A DNA stretch of 60,027 bases, filler included, from Catajapyx aquilonaris (GCA_000934665.2; 2 parts of 2 records of this genome joined end to end with filler, not necessarily neighbours in it); one strand, 5' to 3'; positions 24,397-36,875 are shown, counted from the first letter of the whole stretch. The notes: generated from the sequence alone by a model not told the origin. Made by a program: numbers and translations.

Positions 24397-24861
24397 CACA
24401 TGTGATTCATTTACACTCCACATAACAATGCTATATTGTGTTGTACTCTGTAGATTAGTCGCAAAATTTTTAATTTTAGGAATGCATATTTGGATAAAGG
24501 GATTTGTTATTGTACAGGACGTGGAAGAAGGAAAAAAAAAAAATGTATTGCGATGTAATGAGGTATTGCGTATAATGATTTGTCAGTTTTGATAATAAAT
24601 TTTCGCACAACCTAAACCAAAAATATTTGCTGGAATTCGAAGTCTTCATTACCCAAATCGCATGTCGTTGGTCCCAAACGAGGTTTTCAACTAATTACCG
24701 TGTACCCACCTCCATTTGCCTAGTTATGAAGCTCCAAATATTACTTAAAGGATTTATGCGCACTAGCAAGTGGGGAAAAAAACCAGTGTTTCACTTTGTG
24801 ACTGGTTTTAATGCAATGTAGTGAATGATTAATGCAGATAATTATGAGCTGTTATTCACCA

Positions 24862-24979
24862 GCAGCGGCGACTTGTGAAGAAGGAATAGCGGTTACTCAC
24901 ACGCGTCTCTGAGTGGCGGTGACGGGAATGCACCCCAAGGAGTGTGAGAGAAAAAAATCAGTGAAACTAAGATGGCATC
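24862..24979 (+). promoter_or_regulatory. Conserved ZNF promoter module, U6
   Basis: Near-identical to 18659-18785. Confidence 0.6.
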
Positions 24980-25167
24980 TGAGAGTCCTTTGAATTGAAC
25001 TCATCTGGACCAGCTTCATCACTACAGAGGAAGGAGGGTGAGTGGTGATGAACTTGTCTGATTCATGCCGTCCGTTGCCCACACCCCTGAGAAAATGCTC
25101 CTCCTCTTCAGCCGCCATCCACTGGATACATGATTACATGACCTCCACTCTTTGTGTTTGCAGGACC

Positions 25168-27410
25168 ATGTCGCAGGCAGTGTGGATTAAGACGGAAGAA
25201 GGAGAGGAGGAAGATGGAGCGATCACGGCCTGTTCGTTGCCCTTGAAGGTGGAGACCCTGTATTCTGATGACAGCTGCAGTGACGACTCTACGGAAGAGA
25301 CGACGACGCTTCGGGAGGTCAAGGAGGAGCTGGAAGAGGAGGAGGTGCCCATGCCAAGGGTGGTTGAAGAAGAAGATGATGACCCTTTAGCAGGAGGAGG
25401 ATCTGCAAAGATTAGCGGGGTATGTAATCTGCTGAAATTGTCATTCTACACTAAAATGACACCAAAAATCATCAATCCAAACACAAATGCTAGTATCCAT
25501 CGATAGTAGTAACAGTGATTAAATTTTTTGGGACATGTTGTAGCACTGTTTGGACTCCGTCCAGTTATTTGGGGCAACCCTGAAGAAGACCATAATGTCT
25601 ATTTCCTAGAAAAGAAAAGAACTGGAAGTGTTGTCAATATCTGACTGGTAAGCGCCCATTATATCTGGCTAGGCCATACAGCATATTAATGTGCTGCTAT
25701 TTCTTGCAAGTGTGCAACAAACTCTGTTTTACGTACATCATGCATGTCCTTGCCAGTCATCAGTTTGGATATCGACAGCACCTCCAGTTCTGTACAGCTT
25801 TTTTGCAAAGTTGAGCCATGTTTACATGTGAGCGATTTGACAAGTGAAGTAACCAATATTGTTTGAGGTGAAATAAGTAACAATAGATTTTTAGATGTTT
25901 ATTTCACGTCAGATAAGGAATTAAGTGCTTTGTGTCTATCTGTGTGTAATAAGATAATAACCAAAAAGATGTAAAAAAGAAGAAAGAAAAAAACAGGGTC
26001 TTGCGGATAATGTATGGCGCTGTGTGAAGCTACCCAGACAACTTACATCCAATTTTCTCGTGGAGGCTACAATATGGCTTTGGATACACTAAAGTTGCAT
26101 GAAATGGCTTCTCAGGAAATTTTGGTGGGTTTCCAAAATATTCACATGAAAAAATGTGAAATAATTTTTTTCCTTTCAGGCCTCAATCCAACATTGTTAC
26201 TTTCATTGCAATATTTCATGTAATTAGGCTACACTGAAATCTGTGATTGTACAATAATTATGTAGGTCTTATGGGACATCCCCTTGAACCGTTATAATAA
26301 GGTTTGACCTTCCAATAATAAGGCTTATGCCTTCCAAATGACCAAAGCAGGTCGAAAGGATCACACACTGTATATTAGAAATTGATGTGCTGTAAATCTT
26401 TTTTCCAGGATGTGCAAATGAGACCTGAAGATGGACTAGAAGAGAAAGAGATCCAGGAGGAAGTCAACAGTGGAATGTCTGATGGAGATAATCCACTTAA
26501 TTGTGGAAAATGCCAGATAACATTTGGTACCTTGGATGATTTGAATGATCACATAGTAACTCATAGTGAAAAAAATTGCTGTCACATTTGCCAGAAGAAA
26601 TTAAGCGATTCTCGTAGTTTGAAAGCCCATATCCGTATTCACACGGGAGAGAAACCATTTGTCTGTGAAATATGCCAAAGAAATTTTCGTGATGCAAGTA
26701 ATTTGAAAAAACACATGCAATTTCATACAGGACAACTACCATTTACTTGTGAGGTCTGTCAGAAAAAATTTCGCGATTCAAGTCGCTTGAAAACTCACGT
26801 GAAAATTCATACAGGAGAGAGACCATTTATTTGTCAATTGTGCCAGAAAAATTTCCGTCACTCAAGTGATTTGAAAATTCACATGCGAATTCATACAGAA
26901 GAGAAATCATTTATTTGTGACGTCTGTCAGAAAAAATTTCGTGATGCAAGTCGCTTGAGATCTCACATGCAAATTCACACAGGAGAAAAAATAATTATTT
27001 GTGAGGTCTGCGAGAAAGCATTTCGTGATTCACATAATTTGAAAGCTCACATGCGAATTCATACAGGAGAGAGACCATGTGCTTGTGAAGTATGCGAGAA
27101 ATCATTTCGCGATTCAACCCAGTTGAAGTATCACATGCGACTTCATACAGGAGAGCTGCCATATGTTTGTGAGGTGTGCCAGAAGAAGTTTCGGGATTCA
27201 ACTCAGTTGAAAACTCATATGCGAGTTCATACGGGAGACAAACCATATAGTTGTGACATATGCCAGAAGAAATTTTCTGCTCCAAGTAATTTGAGAACTC
27301 ACATGCGAACCCACACGGGAGAGAGACCATTTACTTGTGAGGTGTGCCAGAAAAAGTTTCGTTATTCCAGTCATTTGAAAACACACACAAAAATTCATAC
27401 AAGAGAGTAA
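25168..27410 (+). CDS. C2H2 zinc-finger gene U6 (~417 aa, 11 fingers)
   Basis: Exons 25168-25419 and 26409-27410; phase 0, open frame. Confidence 0.88.
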
Positions 27411-27915
27411 CCCCTTTCATTGTCACATGCGCCTGAAAATAAAATGGGTGGTGCACGTAATAATTTAACATTCACATGTTCATTCATGCACATGAGAACC
27501 AAATTTTTTAGTTGTAGGATTAATGTAATTTGAAAAGTGGTATGCGGAATCTTATGAGAGGGAAGTTGTTGATTGGTAGTGTACAGTATGCCAGAAAAAA
27601 TTGCTATGATTCAACTAATAAGTTGATATGTCCCATACGAATCCATCCAGATGTATGGGATTGCTCGGACAGCGACGCACCGAGAGAGGCCCAATAAAGG
27701 AAAACCCACGTACTAACTTGGAATCCGTGTGTTAATTCCTAAGGAGTGTACCTGACTCTCTCCACTTCCCCATGTTGTGTGAGCCAGGTAATTTAACAAG
27801 GTGGCTACATGGGCCACTTCACTAGCATGCCTCCCTCACATTTTTGAAGTAGAGAAAGTAGCTGTTCAGGAGTTCTTTAAATAGCGGTGATTGCAGGAGT
27901 AGCAGTTCTGCACAA

Positions 27916-28054
27916 GTAGCGGCGATTGCTGACTGCTTGGTAGCGCATAAGCCCGTCCTTACACTTTCGTGTGGCGGTAGGAACGCACCCTCGTCCGCAT
28001 TAAAAAAGAAAAAAAAAAGAGAATAAAAAGGGAAGCGAATAAAAGATGGCCGAC
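27916..28054 (+). promoter_or_regulatory. Conserved ZNF promoter module, U7
   Basis: GTAGCGGCGA...TAGCGCATAAGCCCGTCC...GGCGGTAGGAACGCACCC...AAGATGGCCGAC. Confidence 0.65.
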
Positions 28055-28256
28055 TGGTGTTCGGTCGGGGTCTGATGAGATCCTCTTGGGCAGCCTCTTG
28101 GGAGACAGGTGACTAGGGGAGTCTCACGCTCCATTAGTGTATTGCCTGACCTAGATCCAAATGCAATGGGAAGGTTCCTCCTCTGCAACCGGGATGATTG
28201 GGGATTACTATCCTTGACGTTAATACATGACCTCCTCTCTTTGTGTTTGCAGGACC

Positions 28257-29959
28257 ATGGCGCAGGCAGTGTGGATCAAGACGGAAGCGACAGAGGAAGG
28301 GGAAGAGGAAGATGGAACAGTCACAGTGGAGGAGACCTGGCAGTTGCCTTTGAAGGAGGAGACCCCTTCTTGCTTTGACGAGGGCTCTACGCTCATACAA
28401 GACACCCTTCGTGACATCAAGAAGGAGGAGGAAGCGGAGGAGGAGGAGGAGATGACCCTGTCTGGGGTGGTTGAAGATGAAGATGACCCTTTAGGAGTTA
28501 GTTCTGGAAGTATTTGTCAGGTATGTAATCTGCATTATGATGATGGATGGTTCGTGAATAAATGCAGAGGATGTGCAGAGGGTAATTTATAGCCTAGCAA
28601 AGATGTTTGAGATAACTGGAAGTGCCGAAGAAAAAAAACAGCTGACCGCCCAGGTTGTGGCCTGTTGTATTGCTTTTATATGTACCTGATCCACAAACCT
28701 TACTAAATAAGGGCCTGCCCAGAGATGTATTAGTTTCTACCCTGATCAGGAGTCAAGAACTGAATCTGGCCACCACTTGTAAAACTGAAACAATCCATTT
28801 GCTGGAAATACCATTCATACAGCTATTCTTATCCACTCGTTGGGCTCATAAGTATAATTTTTGAGCTCCCGACCTTATGTGTAACATGTCCAAAGCAAGT
28901 CTAGAGATTTCACACAATACCAATTGCATAAGAGAAATTGATTCACTGTAATTCACCTTCCAGGACATGCAAGTGACAACTGAAGATGCTGCAGAAGAGA
29001 GAGGGATTCAGAAGGAAAGGAACGAGCGAATAAGTTGCGAAAGAAATCCATTTGATTGCGGAAAATGCCAGATCACATTTGGTACCCTGGATGATTTGAA
29101 TGATCACATGATATCTCAGAGTGAGAATAATTGCTGCCATGTTTGCCAGAAAAAATTCAATCATTCAGGTCATTTGAAAAAGCACTTCCGAATTCACACA
29201 GGAGAGAGGCCATTTATTTGTGAGGTGTGCCAGGAAAAATTTCGTGATCCATACCATTTGAAGACTCACATGCGAATTCATACAGGAGAGAAACCATTCA
29301 TATGTGAGCTGTGCCAGAAAACATTTCGTGTTTCTAGTCATTTGAAAATTCACATGCGGAGTCATACTGGAGATAGGCCATTTATTTGTGAGGTGTGCCA
29401 GAAAAAATTCTCTGATTCTAGTAGTTTGAAAACTCACATGCAAGTTCATTCAGGAGATAAGCCATATGTTTGCGAGGTGTGCCAGAAATCATTTCGTTTT
29501 GCTTGGCGTTTGACAACTCACATGCGAATTCATACAGGAGAAAAACCATTTACATGTGAGGTGTGCCAGAAATGTTTTTCTGATTCAGGTAACTTGAGAA
29601 AGCACATCCGAGTTCATAAAGAAGGTAAGTCATTTATTTGTGAGGTGTGCAATAAAACCTTTCGTGATGCATCTACTATGAAGGCTCACATGCGAATTCA
29701 TGCAGGAGACGAGCCATTTACCTGTGAGGTATGCCAGAAAACATTTTGTCATTCCGGTCATATGAAAACTCATATGCGAATTCACACAGGAGAAAAACCA
29801 TTTCCTTGTGAGGTGTGCCGGAAAACATTTCGGTACTCAAGTTCTTTGAAAATCCACATGCGAATCCATACAGGAGAGAAACCATTCATATGTGACGTGT
29901 GCCAGAAAACATTTCGTCACGCGAGTAATTTGACCAAACACATGCAATCTCATGCATGA
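28257..29959 (+). CDS. C2H2 zinc-finger gene U7 (~419 aa, 1 degenerate + 10 fingers)
   Basis: Exons 28257-28520 and 28964-29959. Stop TGA replaces the Gly of the linker (HA*EKP), 10 nt before the gap. Confidence 0.85.
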
Positions 29960-29969
29960 GAGAAACCAT

Positions 29970-30069
29970 NNNNNNNNNNNNNNNNNNNNNNNNNNNNNNN
30001 NNNNNNNNNNNNNTTAATTAATTAANNNNNNNNNNNNNNNNNNNNNNNNNNNNNNNNNNNNNNNNNNNN
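29970..30069. other. Artificial contig linker
   Basis: 44 N + TTAATTAATTAA (30014-30025, stops in all six frames) + 44 N. Confidence 0.95.
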
Positions 30070-31331
30070 CAAGCATGACAAGCAATGAGCTGCTCCCTTC
30101 TTTTCCTCACAACGTTTCAAGATTTGGCCGCCAATGGCGCCACTTGTTGAAAGCTGGGTGTCAATAGCAGATAAGAACTCCTCTTTTCCGCGCTTATCCT
30201 GGGAATCCGGCAGCATGTGGAACTCGCGAACATTAACTTACAAGCATTACGATATGCGGTTGGAGGGAGGTGGGGGCGGCGGAAAGGCAGAACATATTGT
30301 GCGACTACACGTCCTTCTGGAAACGATAACACGTCACACTTTTATTGCTGTCTAACACAGCCGTATATATGACTGGCCTTTATCTTCGAGAAGGGAAATT
30401 GCTGTGAATATCCTGCAATAGTAGGTTTAGGTTGTAAAGTCAAGCAGCCGTAATGATGAGTTTTATGCACAAAGGGGCCTTGCGGCTAGAGTACATTAGG
30501 TGGGCCTAAGATACCTATACTTTTATCTATACTTTCTAAAATATTAAATGTAGATCATTTTATGATGTAGAGGTCATATCCTCATCATTTGTTTAGCCCA
30601 CACTGGCAAAACATTTTATTAACCAAAGGGTTATTTCTTACATAACATATTATGGTCAATGCCATTGCAATGCTCTAAAGCCACTATACATATTTGCAAT
30701 TTTTCACTCCAGTGTGTACCATAGCAAGCATCAAAAATTCCAATATGATGCAACGACTAGAGCGACATGCAGTGTAACTGACTGGATATAAAAGGAAATA
30801 CGACTTGGCCTAATACATGTGCTACAAGTGGCCCACCTCCCAGGATAGAGGGTATATAATCGCCCCGCCCTACCCTATACACCTTCCACACTCCACAGTT
30901 CAGGAGAGGGGTATAGGCAAATAAGGATTGGATTGCTTTCCCAGGAACCAGTTTAAAGAGAAGTAACCTGTTGGAAACCACTATCAAGGCCACACTCACT
31001 TGGCTAATTGTTGCTTCTCTTTAAACTGGTTGCTGGAGTGAACAATCTATAAACTGTACTCCTATCTCCTTCGGCATCACCACTCTGTAGAGCTAGCGAA
31101 TAATAAACTACTTGGGACAATCTGATTTATCGCATTATATTGCCAATTCTTACTCATCCTACATTTGTTAATTTTCTGTGTGATCAACACCCTATGGTAT
31201 TAACTCTATTAACCAAAATCTGTGTTCCTTCGCATATAGGCTGCAGCTTCAATAATTTATATTGAGAAATTAATTAAGTGCTTCATATACTGCTAACACA
31301 TTGACAATAAAAGTGTTATTTGCTATACTTA

Positions 31332-31510
31332 TGCCTATGGTTGCACCAACAAAATTGCCGATTCGATAGCTCCTAACAGATTGGTAGGACACGTTAAAAG
31401 GGCTCAGGAGCCCTTTTAACGTGTCCTACCAGTAGCTCGTAATGAATCGTTAGGACTAACGATTCATTACGAGCTATCGGATCGGTAACTTCGGTTGGTG
31501 GAATCGGGCA
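31332..31510. mobile_element. MITE with TTA TSD (Harbinger-like) containing two perfect hairpins
   Basis: TTA|TGCC...CACCAAC ... GTTGGTGGAATCGGGCA|TTA; hairpins at 31382-31431 and 31433-31476. Confidence 0.7.
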
Positions 31511-34500
31511 TTATGGTAAGATCCTCGTGTTGCCCCCCACATGTTGCGCATACATTCGTGACTACTTTAATAGCAATTATCTCAGTCGCCATCCTAGGAT
31601 AATATGTTTACCGCTAATGGCATTACGGTAGTGAGCTCGTAACTCTTGATTGCCGTCATTTACATGGGCCCGCCTATACTATTACCTGAGAGCAACCACT
31701 ATAATCCTGATGATCCCAATTTCGCTGGATGATAACCAACGGATATAAACCATTTCCGGTCACGGCGACAACAGTCGACTCCCATTGTTTGGCCATACTA
31801 CTCCGCCTGTACTTTTACTCCGGAACCGGTAAATAAGACAATGCAGGCATGAAGGAATGAATCCAACCCTCCTCCCAACTCGCGGCGTGACCGGGTCTAT
31901 ACAAGCTAAAGGCTGACTTATCTCACACAAAACACCAATAAATTAGCTAGAAAAGTCTGCACTTGCACGCGGATAAGAGTATCATTTGCATATTTATTCG
32001 GATAGCCAGTAGCAATTCCCACGAGTGCCCAAAAAAAAAGGTCAGGTCACAAACGTGGATCCAGCCATGTGGCACAACAATGGGGGCGTCCGATTCAATT
32101 TTTATCTCCGGTGCAAAAATCTATTAGGACGGATTAGGCACACAAACTACCTTGAGGACAATCTAGAGCGTGATTAATCTTTCGTTAGTGAGTGGACAGG
32201 CTTACAACGGCCTTTGTCACCGCCCACGCTCATTTTTTTGTGTAAGTTATCACCTGCTGAACACGTATCGGTGGAGTTATGGACCCTCTAGATCCAGTCA
32301 CGCTTCTAGACAGACATATATTAATTATCTGTTTCCGAGCACTGGGGAATTATTAATTTTCTTTAGACTTCTGCCACGAGCAGCTGAAATGGGCCGGAGT
32401 GATGGGGTCAGGGTGACTATGTTCTCTCTCTCTCCCTCCTCTGGTACCGCACACGTCCGGCATTAAGTCTACCTTTATATCAGACCGGTTTTCAGGATAG
32501 AAAAAGGAGATTGTATATGCACTCTACCGCCCCTTCCGACTAAGGTGAGCGACCTTTTGACCCTTTGCCGTGTATGCAAAGAGCTGTTACGTAACCGTGA
32601 GCGCACGATCTAGATCGGACTCGTGACCGTGATCATCAAATCGGTGCATCCCATTTCCGACCTGACGGTCTGTCGGTTTTAGAGGGGGAGAGTGAGGGTA
32701 TGAAAATAATTTATTAGGGGAACTTACGTAACTAAACATGAAAAAAAAACATGTGAAAAAATACTCCCAGGTGTTATTTATGGCCCATTGTTACAGTTCA
32801 TCGCTCCAGCAGCAACAAGGACCGATTCGGTTTTTTGTTTATCACCAGGCTGATCCAATTCTGCGTGAAAGTGGTTAAAAAGTGAGACAGGGTGAGAGTG
32901 ATGTGTTTATTATGTGAACTTATTGTCACCTTCACTTCCGAAGCCGGTAATGAAGGTGTAATGATGACTTGCCCAATTATTTTTAGTTATCGAGAATTGA
33001 ACAATGCCTCATTTGTTGAATGGTATTAGTAGATGGTGTTTTTATGAAATGAGCGCTTGAGGACGTTGCGTACTCTGCTAACAATGGCGTACAAAACGCA
33101 TTCCGATGGATCCAGAGCTTCACAATTGGTGTCGTTGGGTGGCGTATCCAATGTTTCTCAGGAGACTTGACATAGTGGCCTAATAATGCACTGTCTCTGC
33201 CAAAGGACCTTGACAACTTTTCTCTTGCTCGTTGCTTAGGACAGAGTAAAAGGATTGGCGGAAATTTGGCTGCATATCCTGGGGGAGTAGTTATGCAATT
33301 GCTCATTGCGTATGCAGATGATTCTTTAGATTTCATACCAGTCTGATGAGAGAATCCCGTTAATTGTTGCAAAATTGCATATGTATATATTCATAATATT
33401 GCATGTAGCAGATGTTGATAATGTAGAGTGACGTATTATCTCAAATATTCATGAATTAAATCCTGTAAGTTGCCTCAGCAGGTACAGTACTTGTAGGCTT
33501 AAATCATTTTTCCCGTCATCCACATTACCTAGTCCATTACTGAACTACCTTGAATATATTAACACATTCATTAACATGTATTATCGCACCACTCTGAATT
33601 CCCCAGTTTGAAGATGATCACATAGCTCAATATCTTGAGCATGAACCTCCATGAACTTTGCTAGACTTATGCTAATCTTCTCAGCTTTTGCACTCTCCCA
33701 CGACTCCCCAACAATAAACCAAGCCAGCCCGAGAGGCTAGAGCTTGTGTCTAAAGGCATCAAGTCACATTATTCTGGCAGCAAGAGCCAGAAGGACGACA
33801 TATCACAGCTTTCGCCAGAATTGCGAAGGGAAAGAGGACGACTGGAGGTGCTTAAGTTGTCATCGGAGCCGCAGAAAAAGGGCTGCAATGAAATGTTACT
33901 GGACCAGTCCCCACTAACACGAGCGACATTCAACCGTCGTTTGTGTCTACTCTCCTGACACTTTACAGGTCGTCGTTTTCGGTTCCTTTTACTTTGCTCT
34001 GACTTGAATTTTGTTCGGATTTTGCCTGTCGCTCGAATGTGCTCATCCTTTTTTTGTGTGCGGCATCCAAAGGTGATCTGCTAATCAACATGGCAACGAC
34101 AGGCCAATTTTTCTATACATAAATTATGCAACCTAAAGTGCAAATAACACGTAGTCTGAATATACATCAAAGAAGGAATATGATGCATATTTCAGGCGAG
34201 ATGGTCATGACGCAAGGGACTTCCCACCAGCAGGTTATCCAGTTGCATACATGCTGAGGGATGTCTGCAGGGGTTCTCAAAAGTGGCAAAAGACCTCCAC
34301 CCGGCCCGTCAGTCACATGCCAGTTCCAACCTGCATATTTGCCCTTTCTCGGCCTCGTAACAACAACAATAAGAAAATCTTCTCATAACCCCAAATAACA
34401 TCATTGCAAAATCGCATTTTTTTAAACTGTTTCATATCGCTACCTGCGTCAGAATATGACAGTGCTTCCGATATGACTTGTAAAAACGGGTCAGATTAAA

Positions 34501-36742
34501 GTCGTGATTGAAACGACCTTTTGAAACACTCTTTTTCCTGTACACCCATCCACGAAGGGAGGAGAAGAAGAGACGGAACAGAAAAAACCTCGCCCTATAC
34601 TTCATGCCTAACCTGGGAAACAAATTCGTCCTTAGAACTAGTTATATACTAATCGCATCATTAGGTTTCGAAGAAGAACGAGGTAGAAAATTTTAAAAAT
34701 GTATATCCTGTTCCGCCGCCCGCCCTTTAAGACAAGATGTTTCGATGATGAGTGTGTATATAATTTCCCGTCCTTGAGATTCTTTGAGCCGTCCGTTATT
34801 ATGCAAAATAACATGTGCAAATTTGAGACGTGGCCCTTCACTAAAACGTAGTATTTGTGCCGAAAGTCTGTAATGATCCGGCCCGTTTAACATCCTCCTC
34901 GTGCCAGATATACAAAAAAAAACTGCGATGTCGATGCTCAGGTGTGCGAAAATTGCTGCTATTTGGTCCAGCACCCTCGCCATTTGCTGAGGGTTGATTG
35001 GTACGCAAGTGTGGGGTTTAATCGGTTGGCAGTGCCACAGCCACACGAATCGACTTCTGTGATGAAGACTGACTGACACCTATAGCATGTGACTTACACC
35101 GATAAGTTGGCTAGGATTGGCTGATTTGGATCACGTGACTAGTCCTGTCAACTTACCTGATGGTTATTGCATAGATGCAGTCAATTACCTGCCTTGCAAC
35201 AGGCACTTGTCAAATGATGATTCATCCACGTACCATGCCCGAAGCAAACAATTTTGCCTCATTAGATACCAGTGGGGTGTGTATCGTGGGTTGCTATGCG
35301 TACCAGGTGGTCCTAGATAAAGGGTATATCTGCAGGAGGACCATTGATTTAAATAAATTACATGTTCATCAATATAATTACCAGTCGACAGTTTGATTGT
35401 ATTGGTGATTAAAAATTGCTGTATCATCAGACTTGCAGAGTTTATCGTGGAGCGCACAGTGTGTATTCGACAAACAAACGTGCGGCACACTGAACTTTAA
35501 CCTGTTAGACTGAACAACTTTTGATATAATTCACCCTTCAATATCCAAATATAGTAGTGCGTCTTAAGTTATAAATTAAATATGTTTCTGCCTCGGCAAT
35601 GCTCGCATGCAATTATTAGCATTAGTAGCTCAAGGTTGTCTCGTCAGCGCCTGTACTGTACAAAGGCCGTGTTAATGGAGATAACAAGCTGTAACTAACA
35701 AATAATTGGCTTTTATTACTCCTCATTACACGTCATCTACTCAGCACGTTTTGCGCACCGGAAAAAAATGGACATTCCATTCGGAAAAATCCAAACAACG
35801 CCTCTTTTTGCCAACAAGTTGAGTGCGGCATTAATAACTGTCAAGAGATGTAAAAGCCAGACATGTGGCCTACTGCAAGCTATCTCATTTATTTCATTTA
35901 TCGTCCGGGAATAGGAGTTATGTCATCCAGCAGTAACGTAAATCTTTGTACGACGACCTCCCCTGGCCGCAGTGGATACCGGTTACGTACGTTTTTTTCT
36001 TACTTGCTTTGACCTAACCAAAGGGAAGCGATGACCCCGTCGGCTCGAGATTGCTCCCTGTTGGTACCGCTCGCCATGAACAATTACAAGGGTGTAAATA
36101 AAAAAAGGTGAGTCAGCTAGTGCATGCATTGTCATTGGCAGGTGATGTACTCCAGGAAATGTATTAGCATCTGTCCAGACTTAAACTGTGTAATATGCAT
36201 GAGTACGTACCATATAAAGTTGTCTTTGGCCCGTTCCGACAGCACAGGTTCTGACAGAAGCAGCACCATGAAGGTATGGTACCTATTTTAGTTGCCTCTA
36301 GGGTCATTTTCCGGTAGTCATTCAAGTTGGAAAAAAAATTGTTCACCTTCAATATATAGGGATGTTGCAGTTGATATCAAGGTTAACGGCTGCTCATCTG
36401 CGGTTTATTCGTAGGATGCTTAACTATACCGGAAGGCTTACTACCTACTTCGGGTGTTGTTAGTGTAAAAGGCTGCTTTATTACTGCATTGACGAGCTGA
36501 CGTGTATCTACTGTAGTTCAGAGTTTCTACAATGTGAGAAATTTTTTGTTCCGAAACGTAGGCGTAACCTCACTTGAATGTAAGAGTAGGCCTATGTTCA
36601 ATTTTTAGGCTTTTTTGACCTTTGCACTATGACATTATGGTAAAACTATCAGTTCCTAAAAGTTGATGTAATTTATGAAAATAATTGTGCTAACTTTAGT
36701 AACAAGCAAATTCGAATGCTCCCGTTCTGACCATGTGCAACG

Positions 36743-36875
36743 GCAGGTTGCACCAAGTCGGATCCACTGAGAAACTCAGATTTAACGATGTCATTCAGTT
36801 AGCCTATTGTTGCCAAATATGAATAACATCCGTTAAATCTGAGATCTTTAATGTATCGGACTTTCAACAACCTGC
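36743..36875. repeat. Degenerate inverted repeat (old MITE)
   Basis: GCAGGTTG...AAGTC...CTCAGATTTAACG vs CGTTAAATCTGAG...GACTT...CAACCTGC. Confidence 0.55.

Noticed and set aside
24548..24814. ~270-bp insertion upstream of U6 flanked by AATGTA
   Set aside because: Real indel versus the U5 copy, but no TIR, tail or family signature to classify it.
4528..29449. Many minus-strand ORFs over the finger arrays and acidic exons (MNSHV..., YEFACEFSN..., poly-Ser)
   Set aside because: Antisense shadows of repetitive ZNF and Glu-rich codons.
36076..36113. ATG...AG|GTGAGT as first exon of the 38139 gene
   Set aside because: Phase-2 donor is incompatible with the phase-0 acceptor.
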